From assembly GCF_001194135.2 (NCBI RefSeq), contig NC_068992.1, positions 58,861,911 through 58,910,899 of the forward strand: 48,989 nt of DNA, in the 5' to 3' direction. The notes beneath the pieces are model-generated. The model had not been told where the DNA came from. It worked only from the letters and a program-made list of their open reading frames with translations, and ran no database searches. Both the position numbers and the translations under genes were made by a program. This document shows positions 48,140-48,989 of this stretch, in pieces (position 1 is the first letter of the stretch; each line of letters opens with the position of its first letter). Source of the DNA: Octopus bimaculoides. Its lineage: Eukaryota.

Positions 48140-48300
48140 TCTATCCAAAGGGCTTCCGTACAGTTTCAGTGTGCCGATTCGAAACGCAAATCGAGGGACG
48201 TCTCAAGACAATTTAAATTACCCTTGCCTAAGAATCCATGTTGGTCGATCGAACCTGAAACTTCATTGTTGTGAAGGGCGTCTTCTTTACTATTCAGTCA
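48140..48300 (-). mobile_element. Degenerate SINE family B 5' part
   Basis: gggcttccgtacagtttc...ttgcctaag...gaacctgaaac...cttcttt. Confidence 0.5.
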
Positions 48301-48364
48301 ATAGCTTACTGTCTATCTGTTGATTTATGTGTATATGTTTGTTTGTATGTTTATGTATATATAC

Positions 48365-48427
<63 letters not shown>

Positions 48428-48572
48428 CATATATATATACATATGTATGTATGTATGTATGTGCATTTATATCTACATGTATCTATTTTTAAAAGCTTGT
48501 CTTCCTATCTGCTGACCTAACATTCCATAATATCCGGTTTTAACCGAACGTCAATCACTGGATTCCTGCTAA

Positions 48573-48925
48573 TACAAGTGTTGAACCAAAATTTCTGCAA
48601 AAGTAGGCATAGCTTTCATATTAACTAACGCAGGTCATTCAAATTTCACATGTCGAAAGATTAACTCTTCCTATAACGTAATTCTAATTGTTCTTCTTCA
48701 ATGCACAATAATGGGTTCCAAGTGTAAACAACGAGCCGACATATAGTTCTTTACGATGGAATGGTGCAGGCTGTTCAACATAGATAGAAGGCTGTAGCTT
48801 CTTTACGGAGGCAACACCATTGAGAGGAGCAGTTGGATTAAGAAGTTAAAAAAGGGGGGAACCATCAGCTTTGAAGACAAGCCATTCAGTGAGAGACCAT
48901 CAACTACAACTACTTGCACGAATTC
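48573..48925 (+). mobile_element. Mariner element 5' remnant (TIR-like start plus transposase HTH)
   Basis: Frames give QRADI*FFT, IDRRL*LLYG, WIKKLKKG and SFEDKPFSERPSTT (SLEDxPRSGRPST-like). TA+CAAGTGTTGAACCAAAA at 48573 is TIR-like. Confidence 0.7.
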
Positions 48926-48943
48926 TGAAGCAAATAAAAGAAT

Positions 48944-48989
<46 letters not shown>

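Noticed and set aside
6252-48520. Numerous long ORFs rich in X, IY, HT, CV, RE or poly-I/N
   Set aside because: They are translations of N-gaps and di-, tri- or tetranucleotide microsatellites, not proteins.

Overview
Eukaryotic, AT-rich, microsatellite-dense, non-genic-looking window with 12 N-gaps, most of them adjoining simple repeats. The SINE families and overall texture are most consistent with an octopus (coleoid cephalopod) draft assembly; this is inferred from recognition, not from a search. I found no intact host protein-coding gene, no functional tRNA or rRNA gene and no CRISPR array. Most long ORFs in the track are microsatellite or N-gap artefacts. The recognisable content is decayed transposable elements. 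(1) RLE-type LINEs: two Dong/R4-like 3' fragments in an (AAT)n tract and a CRE-like fragment. (2) Other LINE and Penelope-like remnants: a CR1-like 3' end whose tail matches one SINE family, a Penelope-like RT remnant, and repeats carrying minimal hammerhead-ribozyme-like cores. (3) LTR elements: a Ty3/Gypsy 5' half (LTR, tRNA-Ser PBS, gag) and two solo-LTR-like repeats. (4) DNA transposons: Chapaev3-like, Merlin-like and two mariner remnants. (5) Many tRNA-derived SINEs. The best leads are the hammerhead-like cores with a shared non-canonical core, the LINE-SINE shared tail, modular SINE tails, the microsatellite landing pad and several foldback structures. No wholly new protein-coding system is supported.
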